Assembly (NCBI GenBank): GCA_016870715.1
Contig: VGAL01000001.1
Location: forward strand, 21,835-85,834
Direction: 5' to 3'
DNA length: 64,000 bases
Origin: Actinomycetota bacterium
Lineage (GTDB): Bacteria > Actinomycetota > Actinomycetes > Nanopelagicales > Nanopelagicaceae
Positions 31,453-41,200 of this stretch are shown piece by piece; within the stretch, counting starts at the first letter, position 1, and each line of letters opens with the position of its first letter. Under the pieces are notes generated by a model, which saw only the letters and a list, made by a program, of their open reading frames with translations, was not told where the DNA came from and made no database searches. The position numbers and the translations under genes are program-made.

Positions 31453-33278
31453 CTTTTTTCTAATGCAGCTGAGATCTTATCCTCGCGCTCTTTTCTCTGC
31501 TTCTCCTCTTTTATCTGCTTTTTCAGCATGGCTTTATCAAGAGGAAAGGGAACTAACTCGTCTCCAGTGGGCGGAACACGATAATTTTTGAGTGCGTAGG
31601 AGACTACCGACTTGAAAACAGGTCCTCCGAGATAGCCCCCCCAGTGAATTCCAACCGGGTTTTGCACAGTAATGCTCATGACGAAACGTGGATTATCTGC
31701 CGGGGCGTATCCGATAAATGATGAGGTATATCCTCGATAACAACCGCACTTGCTGTCATAACGTTGTGCGGTGCCTGTCTTGCCCGCAACTCGATATCCA
31801 GGGATTGCTGCTTTGGTTGCAGTACCACCTTCTTGCGTCACGCTCTCGAGCATCGCACTTAATTGCGCGGCAACATCTTGAGAAATGACTCGTCGAGACT
31901 CTGGTCGCGGTGATGCTGTGTAATGACCGGCAGAGTCGCTAGTACCCGCCACGAGCGTGGGTGCGATGCGCACTCCAGAGTTGGCGATTGTGGCAAATAC
32001 ATTCGTTGCTTGAATGGTGTTTACCGAATATCCCTGACCAAAGGCAACTGTAGGGAAGGTGGTTCGTGACCACTTCTCCACTGGATGGAGAATACCGGCG
32101 GTCTCTGCAGGAAGATTAAGGTCGATTCCCTCACCAATTCCAAATTTCTTCAAGTAAGAATAAAGAGTCTGTTCGCTCATTCGCTCTGCGATTTTGATTG
32201 TTCCCACATTGCTTGACTTGGCGATAATACCTGTGGCAGTTAGGTTCCAGACTGGATGTTTGTCGTGATCTTTGAATGCTTTGCCAGCGCGTTTTAATTT
32301 ATCTGGCGTCCTGAAAACAGAGGTCGGCGTGACGACTTTCTCCTCAAGGGCAGCAGCCATAGTCATTACTTTTCCAGTTGAGCCTGGCTCATAAACCTCT
32401 TGCACTGATGGAACTTGCAAGAGCGAGGCTTTAGTCCGTGAGAAATTATTCGGATCGAAGCCAGGGGCTGTGGCAAGCGCGAGGATTTCTCCAGTTCGGG
32501 GATCGATTATCACAGCGCTCACCGAAGATGCTTGGGTCTGCTTTGCCAATTCGTTGATTGCCTCTTCAGCGGCCCACTGTAAATCACGATCAATCGTCAG
32601 ACGGACTGATTTTCCTGCTTTAGGTGGTACCAAAGTCTGTCGAGATGAAGGAATAGATGGCCCGCCACCATTCTCGTATGTGAAAATTCCATCCTTGCCT
32701 GCCAGTATGTGATTGAGCGATGCCTCCATGCCGCCACCACCTATGCCGGCAGAGTTCACAAATCCCAGTAATGAGGCAGCGAGAAATTTCTCTGGGTAAT
32801 CCCGTCTAAAACCACGTTCGCTGAAGAGTCCACCAATTCTCTCGGAGAGTTTTCCGCCTTGATTCTCCTCTGCGATTGCTGCTTTTAGTTGAGTCCATTG
32901 CGCTGGAGTGATGTCGCGAGCGACGTAGACAAATTTTCTTGTACCAGTCAATCTCGATTGCAGGTATGAAGGGCTCTTGCCGATGATGGGAGCGATTATT
33001 TCTGCAGCACGCTTTGGTTTATTTACAAGATTTTGATCAACAACTAGGTCGATTGATTCCACGCTGCGAGCGAGCACATTCCCATTCCGATCCGTTATCT
33101 CTCCGCGAGGTGCGAGAAGTTTCGCAGTTTTGGTCAACTCCCGCGTTGCACGCTCTGCATAAGACTTTGCATTGACGGCTTGCACATCTATCAAACGCAC
33201 GAAGAAAGCCATAAATAAGATTCCAACAAGTAATAGCGCTACTCGCAGTCGACCTTGTGCCATTCGCAGTGGGCTCAT
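31449..33278 (-). CDS. ftsI: division-specific class B penicillin-binding protein (FtsI/PBP3-like)
   Basis: 609 aa with an N-terminal TM and transpeptidase motifs STGK, SSN and KTGT. Confidence 0.93.
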   Translation of the reverse strand: MSPLRMAQGRLRVALLLVGILFMAFFVRLIDVQAVNAKSYAERATRELTKTAKLLAPRGEITDRNGNVLARSVESIDLVVDQNLVNKPKRAAEIIAPIIGKSPSYLQSRLTGTRKFVYVARDITPAQWTQLKAAIAEENQGGKLSERIGGLFSERGFRRDYPEKFLAASLLGFVNSAGIGGGGMEASLNHILAGKDGIFTYENGGGPSIPSSRQTLVPPKAGKSVRLTIDRDLQWAAEEAINELAKQTQASSVSAVIIDPRTGEILALATAPGFDPNNFSRTKASLLQVPSVQEVYEPGSTGKVMTMAAALEEKVVTPTSVFRTPDKLKRAGKAFKDHDKHPVWNLTATGIIAKSSNVGTIKIAERMSEQTLYSYLKKFGIGEGIDLNLPAETAGILHPVEKWSRTTFPTVAFGQGYSVNTIQATNVFATIANSGVRIAPTLVAGTSDSAGHYTASPRPESRRVISQDVAAQLSAMLESVTQEGGTATKAAIPGYRVAGKTGTAQRYDSKCGCYRGYTSSFIGYAPADNPRFVMSITVQNPVGIHWGGYLGGPVFKSVVSYALKNYRVPPTGDELVPFPLDKAMLKKQIKEEKQRKEREDKISAALEKR

Positions 33279-33661
33279 GGTTTATTCACTGGTCGAAGAT
33301 CGAGGAACGCCGGAGTACCACTGGGCACCATTCCCAGCACTCGAGCTCGCTTTGCCAACATATGTGGCGCTGAATATCGAGCTACTTGGGCGGTAATTGC
33401 CTCCTCTTGATCGGCAATCACTTGTGCCTGCACTTTGAGGCGATGAAGTTTGATGGAGTCTTGATTGAGCGCCATGTTGAGGGCCATCACCATAAAAATG
33501 CTCATGATCAGAGCGCCGAAGACAAGTGAGACGAATGCCGTTGTGGTTACCGGTCTTCCATCATTCACTCGAAGTTCTTGTACGAGGCGAAGTATTGGCT
33601 CTGGAGTGCGCGCAGTGGGGAGTGATTTGGTGAGGTTGAGTTTGCGAGCAGCCACTGCCAT
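33275..33661 (-). CDS. ftsL: FtsL-like septation membrane protein
   Basis: 128 aa, single TM, lying between rsmH and ftsI. Assigned by position and topology only. Confidence 0.7.
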   Translation of the reverse strand: MAVAARKLNLTKSLPTARTPEPILRLVQELRVNDGRPVTTTAFVSLVFGALIMSIFMVMALNMALNQDSIKLHRLKVQAQVIADQEEAITAQVARYSAPHMLAKRARVLGMVPSGTPAFLDLRPVNKP

Positions 33662-34605
33662 TAGGCGGCCCTTCTTTCAATTGCACGGATGCGAACTGAT
33701 TGCGAACGCGGATTCATGGAAATTTCCGCCTCGCTGGCGCTCTCGCTAGCGCGAGTGAGCAATTGGAAGCGAGCGGGCTTCGGTTCTACCGGTAATCCAT
33801 GAGGGACCTCGCTGCTACTTACTTCGGCAAAGGCCCGTTTAACTATCCGATCTTCGAGGGAGTGGTAGGAGAGCACGACCATCCGCCCTTGTGTGGCTAA
33901 TAGGTTTAGCGCTGCCGGGATAGCTCGCTCGAGTACCTCTAATTCATTGTTGACGTAGATTCGAAGAGCCTGGAAAGTTCGTTTTGCAGGATTGCCTCCG
34001 ACGCGACGAGTGGCGGCTGGAATGCTCTCTTTCACAATATTGGCAAGGACAACAGTTGATGAGAGCGGTGCGACTGTCCGCGCATCGATTATTTTTGCTG
34101 CGATTCGACTGGCAAATTTCTCTTCACCATACTCACGCAAGATACGAGTGAGCTCTTGGTGTGAATATGTATTGACAACCTCTCCCGCGCTGATACCAAC
34201 GGATTGATCCATGCGCATGTCAAGAGGCGCATCGTGCGAATATGCGAAACCTCTATCAGAGGAATCAAGTTGCACAGATGAGACGCCAAGGTCGAAGAGG
34301 ATCCCGTGCGCGCTCTCTATTCCCTGGTTTCGTGCTACTTCTTCTATGTGATCATAAACAGCATGCACCAGCGTTACACGCGAACCAAAGCGAGATAGCC
34401 GCGCACCAGCCTTCTCAAGCGCGCTCTTATCTCGATCAATTCCTACTACATGCAATCTCTCAAACTTCTCAAGGAGATATTCCGTATGACCACCTAATCC
34501 AAGGGTTGCATCGATGAGCAGCGGCGACTGACCTGTGAGTGCAGGGGTGAGTAATTCAACGGTGCGGGTAAGTGCAACGGGAATATGTTCGTTACTCATC
34601 TTCAC
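33661..34605 (-). CDS. rsmH: 16S rRNA (cytosine1402-N4)-methyltransferase
   Basis: DATLGLGGHTE and DLGVSSVQLD. The start is GTG 34605 or, more likely, ATG 34599, which has GGAAGG 5 nt upstream. Confidence 0.94.
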   Translation of the reverse strand: MKMSNEHIPVALTRTVELLTPALTGQSPLLIDATLGLGGHTEYLLEKFERLHVVGIDRDKSALEKAGARLSRFGSRVTLVHAVYDHIEEVARNQGIESAHGILFDLGVSSVQLDSSDRGFAYSHDAPLDMRMDQSVGISAGEVVNTYSHQELTRILREYGEEKFASRIAAKIIDARTVAPLSSTVVLANIVKESIPAATRRVGGNPAKRTFQALRIYVNNELEVLERAIPAALNLLATQGRMVVLSYHSLEDRIVKRAFAEVSSSEVPHGLPVEPKPARFQLLTRASESASEAEISMNPRSQSVRIRAIERRAA

Positions 34606-34610
34606 CTTCC

Positions 34611-34640
34611 CCTCTCTCTTGCTCTCTCTTGCTCTCTCTT
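34611..34640. repeat. 10-bp tandem repeat x3 (cctctctctt / gctctctctt x2) just upstream of the rsmH start
   Basis: Direct reading. On the coding strand it is a purine-only (GCAAGAGAGA)n tract running into the SD. Confidence 0.9.
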
Positions 34641-34659
34641 CACTTGCCTCTACACCTCA

Positions 34660-34750
34660 CCCTGATTTTTGGACACCGCCGCCGGACGGATCGATCGGCG
34701 CCGGGGAAGGGGCGTCGATACTCGGTGCGGCAGTGACCGAAAATCAGGGG
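34660..34750 (-). other. long imperfect hairpin occupying the mraZ-rsmH intergenic region
   Basis: A perfect 10-bp outer stem (ccctgatttt at 34660-34669 with aaaatcaggg at 34740-34749) extends inward about 13 bp with 2 mismatches. Inner GC-rich sub-hairpins follow (cgcc-ggggaagg-ggcg). Starts 1 nt after the mraZ stop. No U-tract. Confidence 0.6.
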
Positions 34751-35182
34751 CTAAAAGAGACCAGGGAAGACCTCCTCTGATACATCGGCAAAACTCTTTT
34801 CACGATCTGCGAGATAGCTCTCCCATGCCTGGAGATCCCAAATTTCCACTCGCGTATTTGCGCCAATAACAACGCACTCTTTTTCTAAGCCGGCATAACT
34901 ACGTAATGAGCTTGGAATTGTGACGCGACCTTGTTTGTCAGGAATTTCATCGTGTGCCCCGGCAAACATCACGCGCATGTAATCGCGAGCGGATTTTGCA
35001 GTGACCGGCGCTTGGCGCATCGCTTCAGTCAGAGTGGCAAATTCCTGCGCTGGCCAGACATAGAGGCAGCGCTCTTGTCCTTTGGTGATGACTAGACCGG
35101 AAGCGAGATCATCGCGGAATCGGGCGGGAAGAATCAGGCGCCCCTTTTCATCAAGGCGGGGCTCGTAGGTACCAAGAAACAT
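34751..35182 (-). CDS. mraZ: transcriptional regulator MraZ
   Basis: 143 aa with duplicated halves carrying [13 protein letters not shown] and [13 protein letters not shown]. Confidence 0.96.
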   Translation of the reverse strand: MFLGTYEPRLDEKGRLILPARFRDDLASGLVITKGQERCLYVWPAQEFATLTEAMRQAPVTAKSARDYMRVMFAGAHDEIPDKQGRVTIPSSLRSYAGLEKECVVIGANTRVEIWDLQAWESYLADREKSFADVSEEVFPGLF

Positions 35183-35210
35183 GCGGTACTACCCCCTTCC
35201 CCAAGGTTGT

Positions 35211-35250
35211 AATCCCCCACTTTACTCCACTTATCTCCACAGTCAACCAC
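35211..35250 (-). promoter_or_regulatory. four 10-bp-phased GTGGnn direct repeats (putative MraZ operator) overlapping a sigma-70-like dcw promoter
   Basis: Minus strand reads GTGGTTGACT GTGGAGATAA GTGGAGTAAA GTGGGGGATT. TTGACT (-35, 35246-35241), a 16-nt spacer and TAAAGT (-10, 35224-35219) lie about 35-65 nt upstream of the mraZ ATG. Confidence 0.6.
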
Positions 35251-35349
35251 CCTCCCCCCTCTCCCTCCTCTGGCTCCCCCCACTCTCGCCAGCTGGTTCC
35301 ATCTGGCCCCTGTCAGCAGTTATCAGAAAAAGGCCTTACCGTTAGCCAG

Positions 35350-35835
35350 ATGGTCGCCCTCGATCCCCGTACATTCCGCTCGCTGATGAGCGGGTGGATT
35401 ACCGGCATCGCTATCGTCACAGCCGAAATTGATGGGCAACGGGTAGGAATTGTCTGCAACTCTTTGACCTCGGTCTCGCTCGATCCAGTCTTGGTCTCCT
35501 GGTGCGTGGATAAGAAAATTGCCTCGTTCCCGCTTTGGAAGAGGGCCACTTCCTGGTCAGTGAATTTCCTCGATGCAGGGCAAGAAGATTTAGTCCATCG
35601 CTTTACTGCTCATGGCGCAGATCGATTTGCCGGGTTAGAGGTTCTCGAACCAACCGATGAACACCCTGCCCTTGCACTCGCGGCGGCGAAAACATTCTTC
35701 ACCGCGCGAACGCAGGCACAACATGAAGCCGGAGATCATGTGATTATCGTGGGTGAGGTGCTCTCATTTAGCGATGGTATTTCGCAGCCCCTGACCTTCT
35801 TTAGAGGGAAGTTCCTTCCTGGGCCAAAAGCGTAG
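35350..35835 (+). CDS. flavin reductase-like (FMN-binding split-barrel) protein
   Basis: 161 aa with GIAIVTAEIDGQRVGIVCNSLTSVSLDPVLVSWCV. Confidence 0.8.
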   Translation: MVALDPRTFRSLMSGWITGIAIVTAEIDGQRVGIVCNSLTSVSLDPVLVSWCVDKKIASFPLWKRATSWSVNFLDAGQEDLVHRFTAHGADRFAGLEVLEPTDEHPALALAAAKTFFTARTQAQHEAGDHVIIVGEVLSFSDGISQPLTFFRGKFLPGPKA

Positions 35836-36583
35836 GTATCTCTTCTATTAGATCGGTAGCAACAAGTGGGATGCGCCGCTTAAGAGCCGATTGTGCTGCT
35901 GCAGAAAAAATTTCGACTCCATGAGCAAGAATTTCTGCTCCACTTTCCAATGAGTCTGGTCGATGCGAAGCGATCATCGACCCGATAAGTCCAGCAAGAA
36001 CATCTCCAGTGCCCGCGGTGGAGAGCTCACTCCCCGCTACCTGATCGATGAAGGTAATGCCTGCTGGGGTCGCCACAATTGAAGCTCTTCCTTTGAGTAA
36101 GACGATTGCATTGAAGGCACGGGCTGCATTTAGTGCACACGACTGCCTATCTCCGGGATCAAATCCCATCTTCTTTATTTCACCCTCATGTGGCGTAAGA
36201 ATCCAGATTGCATCCGTTGGTGCTGGCTCTGTAATCAAGGCGAGCGCTCCGCCATCAATAATCAGCCTTCGACATTCTGGTAGCTGGGAAAGATTGGGCG
36301 ATCCCGGACCAACTACTGCAGCATCGACATGCACGCTCTCAAGGCTCTGAAGTGGAACAACATCCGGGTAAGCGCGTAAGACCAGATCAGTCGGCAAACT
36401 TTCGCGTGAGAGGTAATTGATGTAACCAGATCCGCCTCGTCGCGCGCCACCAACAGTAAGTACCGCTGCGCCCGGAAAATTCTGCGATCCTGCATCAATT
36501 AGCAGACGACCTGAAGTGTATTTATTTCCAAATGAATCACGTTGATAAAGATAAGCGCGAAACTTATTGTTGATCGTCGCCAA
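35801..36583 (-). CDS. nnrD: NAD(P)H-hydrate dehydratase (YjeF C-terminal type, stand-alone)
   Basis: 260 aa with GTGDVLAGLIGSMIA. The 3' end overlaps the convergent flavin reductase gene by 35 nt. Confidence 0.8.
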   Translation of the reverse strand: MATINNKFRAYLYQRDSFGNKYTSGRLLIDAGSQNFPGAAVLTVGGARRGGSGYINYLSRESLPTDLVLRAYPDVVPLQSLESVHVDAAVVGPGSPNLSQLPECRRLIIDGGALALITEPAPTDAIWILTPHEGEIKKMGFDPGDRQSCALNAARAFNAIVLLKGRASIVATPAGITFIDQVAGSELSTAGTGDVLAGLIGSMIASHRPDSLESGAEILAHGVEIFSAAAQSALKRRIPLVATDLIEEIPTLLAQEGTSL

Positions 36584-36920
36584 ACTGACGGCGCTCCCAG
36601 CGCTCTTCCAGCATGCTGTTGAAGCGAGATCTCCGCTTCTCTCGCGGCGCCTTCATTCCTTGAAGAGTTGCGCGGGAGGTAGTAATAAGTCGATAGACGC
36701 CAGCAAGAGCGATGATAAATCCGGCAACTCCCGCGATAATCACTTGAGTGACCAATCCGACGAAGAGAGTAATGAAGCCCACTGCAATCAAAGTCAGGCT
36801 CAGGAGAGGAGAGCGCTTGCTCTTCTTCTGCGATAACGCAGAGACAAGTTTTGGATCCTCTTGTGAGAGCGCAGCTTCCATCTCTGCAAGTAAGCGCTCT
36901 TCATGTTCAGATAGTGGCAT
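36564..36920 (-). CDS. DUF3040-family membrane protein
   Basis: 118 aa with N-terminal MPLSEHEERLLAEMEAALSQEDPKL followed by two TM helices. Confidence 0.8.
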   Translation of the reverse strand: MPLSEHEERLLAEMEAALSQEDPKLVSALSQKKSKRSPLLSLTLIAVGFITLFVGLVTQVIIAGVAGFIIALAGVYRLITTSRATLQGMKAPREKRRSRFNSMLEERWERRQFGDDQQ

Positions 36921-36952
36921 CGCCTTTTCGCGCTCCCTTCAGTTACCGCTTA

Positions 36953-36979
36953 CTAAAAATCTTAGCCCAGGAGCGGGCT
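36953..36979 (-). terminator. weak hairpin + U-tract after dinB
   Basis: Minus strand reads AGCCC-GCUCCU-GGGCU followed by AAGAUUUUUAG. The stem is only 5 bp. Confidence 0.3.
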
Positions 36980-38202
36980 TACGGCTCACCCTCGATTGAG
37001 CCTATCGAGCCCGATTGGCTCTCAGGTTCGATGAGGCGGGCGGGTTTGAGCGCCCCGCCGCCAAAGCGCCGGCGGGCCCGATCGAGGGCTTTATCGACCT
37101 GGCGCCAACCCTTCTCCCGCGAACCGAGAGTCAACTGTTCGACCAAATGCTCCTGGCTCTCAAGGTTCTCTAATCGAACTCCCACCAGCCGCACACGTGA
37201 GCGCACCAAAGCTAATCCGTTAAAAAGACGGCGCACCTGTTCATAAATCTCTTGGGTGCTATCGGTTGGTAGATCAATCGTCTTTGACCGGGTGATGGTA
37301 GTGAAATCACTAAATCGAATTTTGATTGAGATAGTCCGTGCGACCGATTCTTGATCTCGTAAACGCCGCGTGGCTCGCTCAGTCACTCGAAGAAGTTCAG
37401 CGAGCAGCTCTTCATTGTCATCGGTATCGCGTGCAAAAGTCTCTTCAGCGCCGATACTTTTATCGAGCACGCTCTCTTCGACCGCTCGATAATCTCGACC
37501 CCAGGCCAATTCATAGAGACTCTCCCCCTGGCTTGCACCGAGCGCACGAATAAGAGTATTTCGTGGAGTATGCGCGATATCACCGATTGTCTGTAGCCCT
37601 AATTGGGTAAGTGCATCTGCAGTCTTTGGACCCACTCCCCATAACTCGCGAACTGGAAGTGGGTGGAGGAAATCTAAAACGCGATTTTCGGGAATCTCTA
37701 AAAGTCCATTGGGCTTACATCGCCCCGATGCAAGTTTGGCGATCAACTTAGTCGTTGAGATTCCCACGGAGCAGGTGATTGCCAATTCAGATTCGATACG
37801 TGCGCGAATTTGATTTCCAATTTCGCGTCCATTTCCAATCAATCTAGTCGCACCTGAGACATCAAGGAATGCTTCATCGAGTGAGAGTGGTTCAACTCGT
37901 GGCGAAAAATCATTGAAGATTTTCATTACCTCGGCAGAGACTTCGCCGTAACGATGATGTCTGTTTGGTAAGAAGATCGCATCCGGAGCAAGTCTGCGCG
38001 CCTGCGCAACTGGCATCGCCGCACGGATACCAAAGGTGCGGGCACGATAATTTGCTGAGGTGACCACTGCGCGTGGCCCCGCGCCAACGACCACCGCTTT
38101 ACCTTTAAGCGTTGGATCATCAGCCTCTTCCACTGAGGCGAAGAAGGCATCCATATCGACATGAAGAATGGTGCTCGCTTTATGCACTGGATGCACTGGC
38201 AC
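36979..38202 (-). CDS. dinB: DNA polymerase IV (Y-family, catalytic residues intact)
   Basis: HVDMDAFFASVEE and LSLDEAFLDVSG. The ORF-track start (38550) lies inside dnaE2. I use the GTG at 38202 (alternatives 38196 and 38187), which overlaps the dnaE2 stop at 38180-38182. Confidence 0.9.
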   Translation of the reverse strand: MPVHPVHKASTILHVDMDAFFASVEEADDPTLKGKAVVVGAGPRAVVTSANYRARTFGIRAAMPVAQARRLAPDAIFLPNRHHRYGEVSAEVMKIFNDFSPRVEPLSLDEAFLDVSGATRLIGNGREIGNQIRARIESELAITCSVGISTTKLIAKLASGRCKPNGLLEIPENRVLDFLHPLPVRELWGVGPKTADALTQLGLQTIGDIAHTPRNTLIRALGASQGESLYELAWGRDYRAVEESVLDKSIGAEETFARDTDDNEELLAELLRVTERATRRLRDQESVARTISIKIRFSDFTTITRSKTIDLPTDSTQEIYEQVRRLFNGLALVRSRVRLVGVRLENLESQEHLVEQLTLGSREKGWRQVDKALDRARRRFGGGALKPARLIEPESQSGSIGSIEGEP

Positions 38203-41200
38203 TCTTCTCTTCTCCAGTAGTGGTTGCCATATTAATAGCCATATTAATAAGAGTATCCATCTGAGCCCGGACAACTGAGATATCGCCACTCTCGCGCCAG
38301 AGCGAGTACAACTCCCCAAGATCCCACGCGCAGTGAGCAAGGATGGAGACTCCGCGTGAGCCAGTTCGACGTAAGGTGCCATGTACCAGCAGAAGTTTCG
38401 AGTGGTAGAGGGTTCGCCCAGAGTGGAGTTGGGTATTTTCAAAGAAGGTCGCATCGCTACATCCAGTGCCATCATCGAGGGTAATGAAGATGACCCGTCG
38501 ACCAGAGCGAACTGGTGGGCTCTGCAGCGCGACTTTGACCCCTGCGACAAGAAGTGGGGTACGTGAGCGATGGGTAAGAAGATCGGCTGCGCGAACTACG
38601 CCGAGGGCAGTTAAGAAATGGCGATAGAAGGCGATGAGGTGATGGCTGACATCAAGACCAAGGAGGTCAACCTCATGGCGGACCTTCTCGCTCTCTGTCA
38701 GCGCGGGTAATCCACTTGCAATCAATGAGCTCTGTTGGTCGTCGAAGAGTAGAACCATTTGATCGGATGAAGGAGCGCTCCATCGATCTAACTCTTTGTA
38801 ATGAAGTAAGAGTTCACGTCGATTGATGCCGGGATGAAGGTGATCGAATGCGCCAAGGAGAATGAGGTTCTCGACAATAGGCTTAGAGACTCGAGCGCGA
38901 TAGGTGAAATCGGCGCAATCGATAAATGGGCGGCCAGAGATAATCTCGCGCATCTGATGCTCATCGATACCCGAGATATCAGAGAGCGCTACTCGGATTC
39001 CATAACTGCCATTCACCTCTTCGACGAGATACTCACTCCCAGATCTATTGATATCAAGTGGGAGTAAGCCAACTCCCATCTGTCGCGCTTCATCAAGAAG
39101 TAATCGTTTGGGGTACATCCCGGGATCATGGGTCAGTAAGCCAGCGATGAAGTGTGCGGGGTAATGAGTCTTGAGCCATGCTGATTGATAGGTCGGTAAC
39201 GCAAATGCAGCGGCATGGGCTTTACAGAAACCAAAGGATGCGAAAGCGCGAAGAACATCATTGACCTCTTCGACGACGCTGATTGGATAACCACGTTCAC
39301 ACCCGCGATTGATGAACCAGGGATAGAACTCGATACTTCGCTCGGGTTCGTTGAGGATGCGGCGATATGACTCAGCTTCGGCGAGCGAGATTCCCGCGAT
39401 GGTGGCGATGATACGAATGACCTGTTCATGAAAGACGACAACGCCCTCAGTCTCAGCGAGGATCTCATAGAGCGATGGGTGGATAAGTCGGGGCGCGCTC
39501 CACCCTTGCCTGGCGCGAAGGAAAGGGGTGATCATGTCGCTCTTCACCGGGCCAGGGCGAAAGAGGGAGATATCGATAATCAAATCGTTGAAGAGTTCGG
39601 GGGCGAACTTGCCGATCAACTCACGTTGCCCGGGGCTTTCGATTTGAAAGATGCCAAGGGTCTTTGTCGAACGAATCAGAGTAAAGGTCTTTGCATCATC
39701 GAGAGCGATCTCATCGAGTGGAATATCCTTCTTATCGACGCGACGAATCTCACTGAGCGCATGTGCAATCGCTGATTGCATCCGGACGCCAAGGATGTCG
39801 AGTTTTAGAAGGCCCACGCTCTCGACATCATCCTTATCCCATTGCGACATTGGATAACCAGAGGCGCCCATCTGACTGGGCATCCGATCAAGGAGCGCGC
39901 TATCGGCGAGTATCACTGCGCAGGGATGCATCGAAAGATGGCGCGGCAACTTATCGAGTTGTTGGGCAAGGGTGATTGCCTTTCCCATCGCTCCGTTAAT
40001 TGATAAATGGCGCAGCTCTGGCAGATCGCGAAGGGCATTGGTGATGTTCTTTGCGCGGATATGGGGCAGGGATTTTGCCAAGGTGTCGATCTCTTCGTGT
40101 GGCAGCGCTAGCGCTGCACCCACATCGCGAATCGCATGGCGCGCTCGATATGTTTCGACCATAGCAACTGTCGTTGTTTGCGCAGGGCCATGTGGCCAAG
40201 AGCCAGCAGGGTTATAACGAGCGAAGACTTGGTCGTAGATCTCTAATCGCCGCGCAGATTCGACATCGATATCGATATCAGGCAAGTCAGTGCGGAGCGT
40301 GGAGCAGAATCGCTCCATCAGCAATCCATGTTCAAGTGGATCGACTCCTGAGATGCCGAGTAGATGGCAGATGAGCGACCCAGCGCCGCTGCCCCGCGCC
40401 GCAACGCGAATCCCAGAGCGGCGAGCGCTATCGACGATATCGGCAACGGCAAGGAAATATGCCTCGTAACCTAATGAGTAAACGGTCTGCAGCTCTTGAT
40501 GTAGTCGCTCAGTAGCAACTTGCAATCTCTCACCGGAGTATCGCGAGGTTAATCGCACCTCACATCGCGCTTTGAGGTGCTGAGCCATTTCGTTATAAGA
40601 AGAGAGGCCAACAACCTGTGGTTCGGGCAGATGGACTCCCCCTAATCCAATATCACGCGTTGGGGAGAGTTCACATCGTTGCGCCCATTCATCTGTTGTG
40701 GCGAGTAATTCATATTCATTCTTCTCGCCAGCGCTTGCTGCGATCTCTCTGGCAATCTGGAACATCTCTGCGCTACTTTTTAGATAGGCCTGATCTGTCT
40801 TATTCTCAGTATGGCGAGGTGAGAGCGGAACAAGTTTGCGAATCGCATCGAGCACATCGGCTACTGGCGCATCGCTTGCGTGGAGCATTCGGACGTTATT
40901 ACTGAGGATGACTGGCGCTTTCATCATTCGACCAAAGAGGAGCATCTTGCCGGCATGATGCGTTGACCACTTCCCCGTTCCTGAAATGCGGTGTGAGAGC
41001 GCTTCGATGGTGATGAGATCGCGCGGAAAGTATTCACTCCACTCATTAAGTGCCCGCTCTGCCAAGTCGGCGCGATTATCTGCGATATGGCGACCAACAT
41101 CAGAATCAGGGCCAAGTAAGAAAATCAATCCTTTGCCATAGCGAGAAAGGTTCTCCCGGGTGAGCAGACCTTCTTCTGTTGCTGAAATGAGACGAACAAA

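Noticed and set aside
35251-35300. C-rich tract (ccctcccccctctccctcctctggctcccccc), considered as a 6C-type sRNA or G-quadruplex on the minus strand
   Set aside because: There are no flanking stems to present C-loops as in 6C RNA. A G4 would need a 10-nt loop. A low-complexity region upstream of the dcw promoter is the simpler reading, and it is noted under the MraZ-box finding.
38203-38550. N-terminal 116-codon extension of the dinB ORF (ORF-track start 38550)
   Set aside because: It lies wholly inside the dnaE2 coding frame and precedes the conserved DMDAFF N-terminal motif by over 100 residues. GTG starts at the dnaE2 stop give a normal-length Pol IV.
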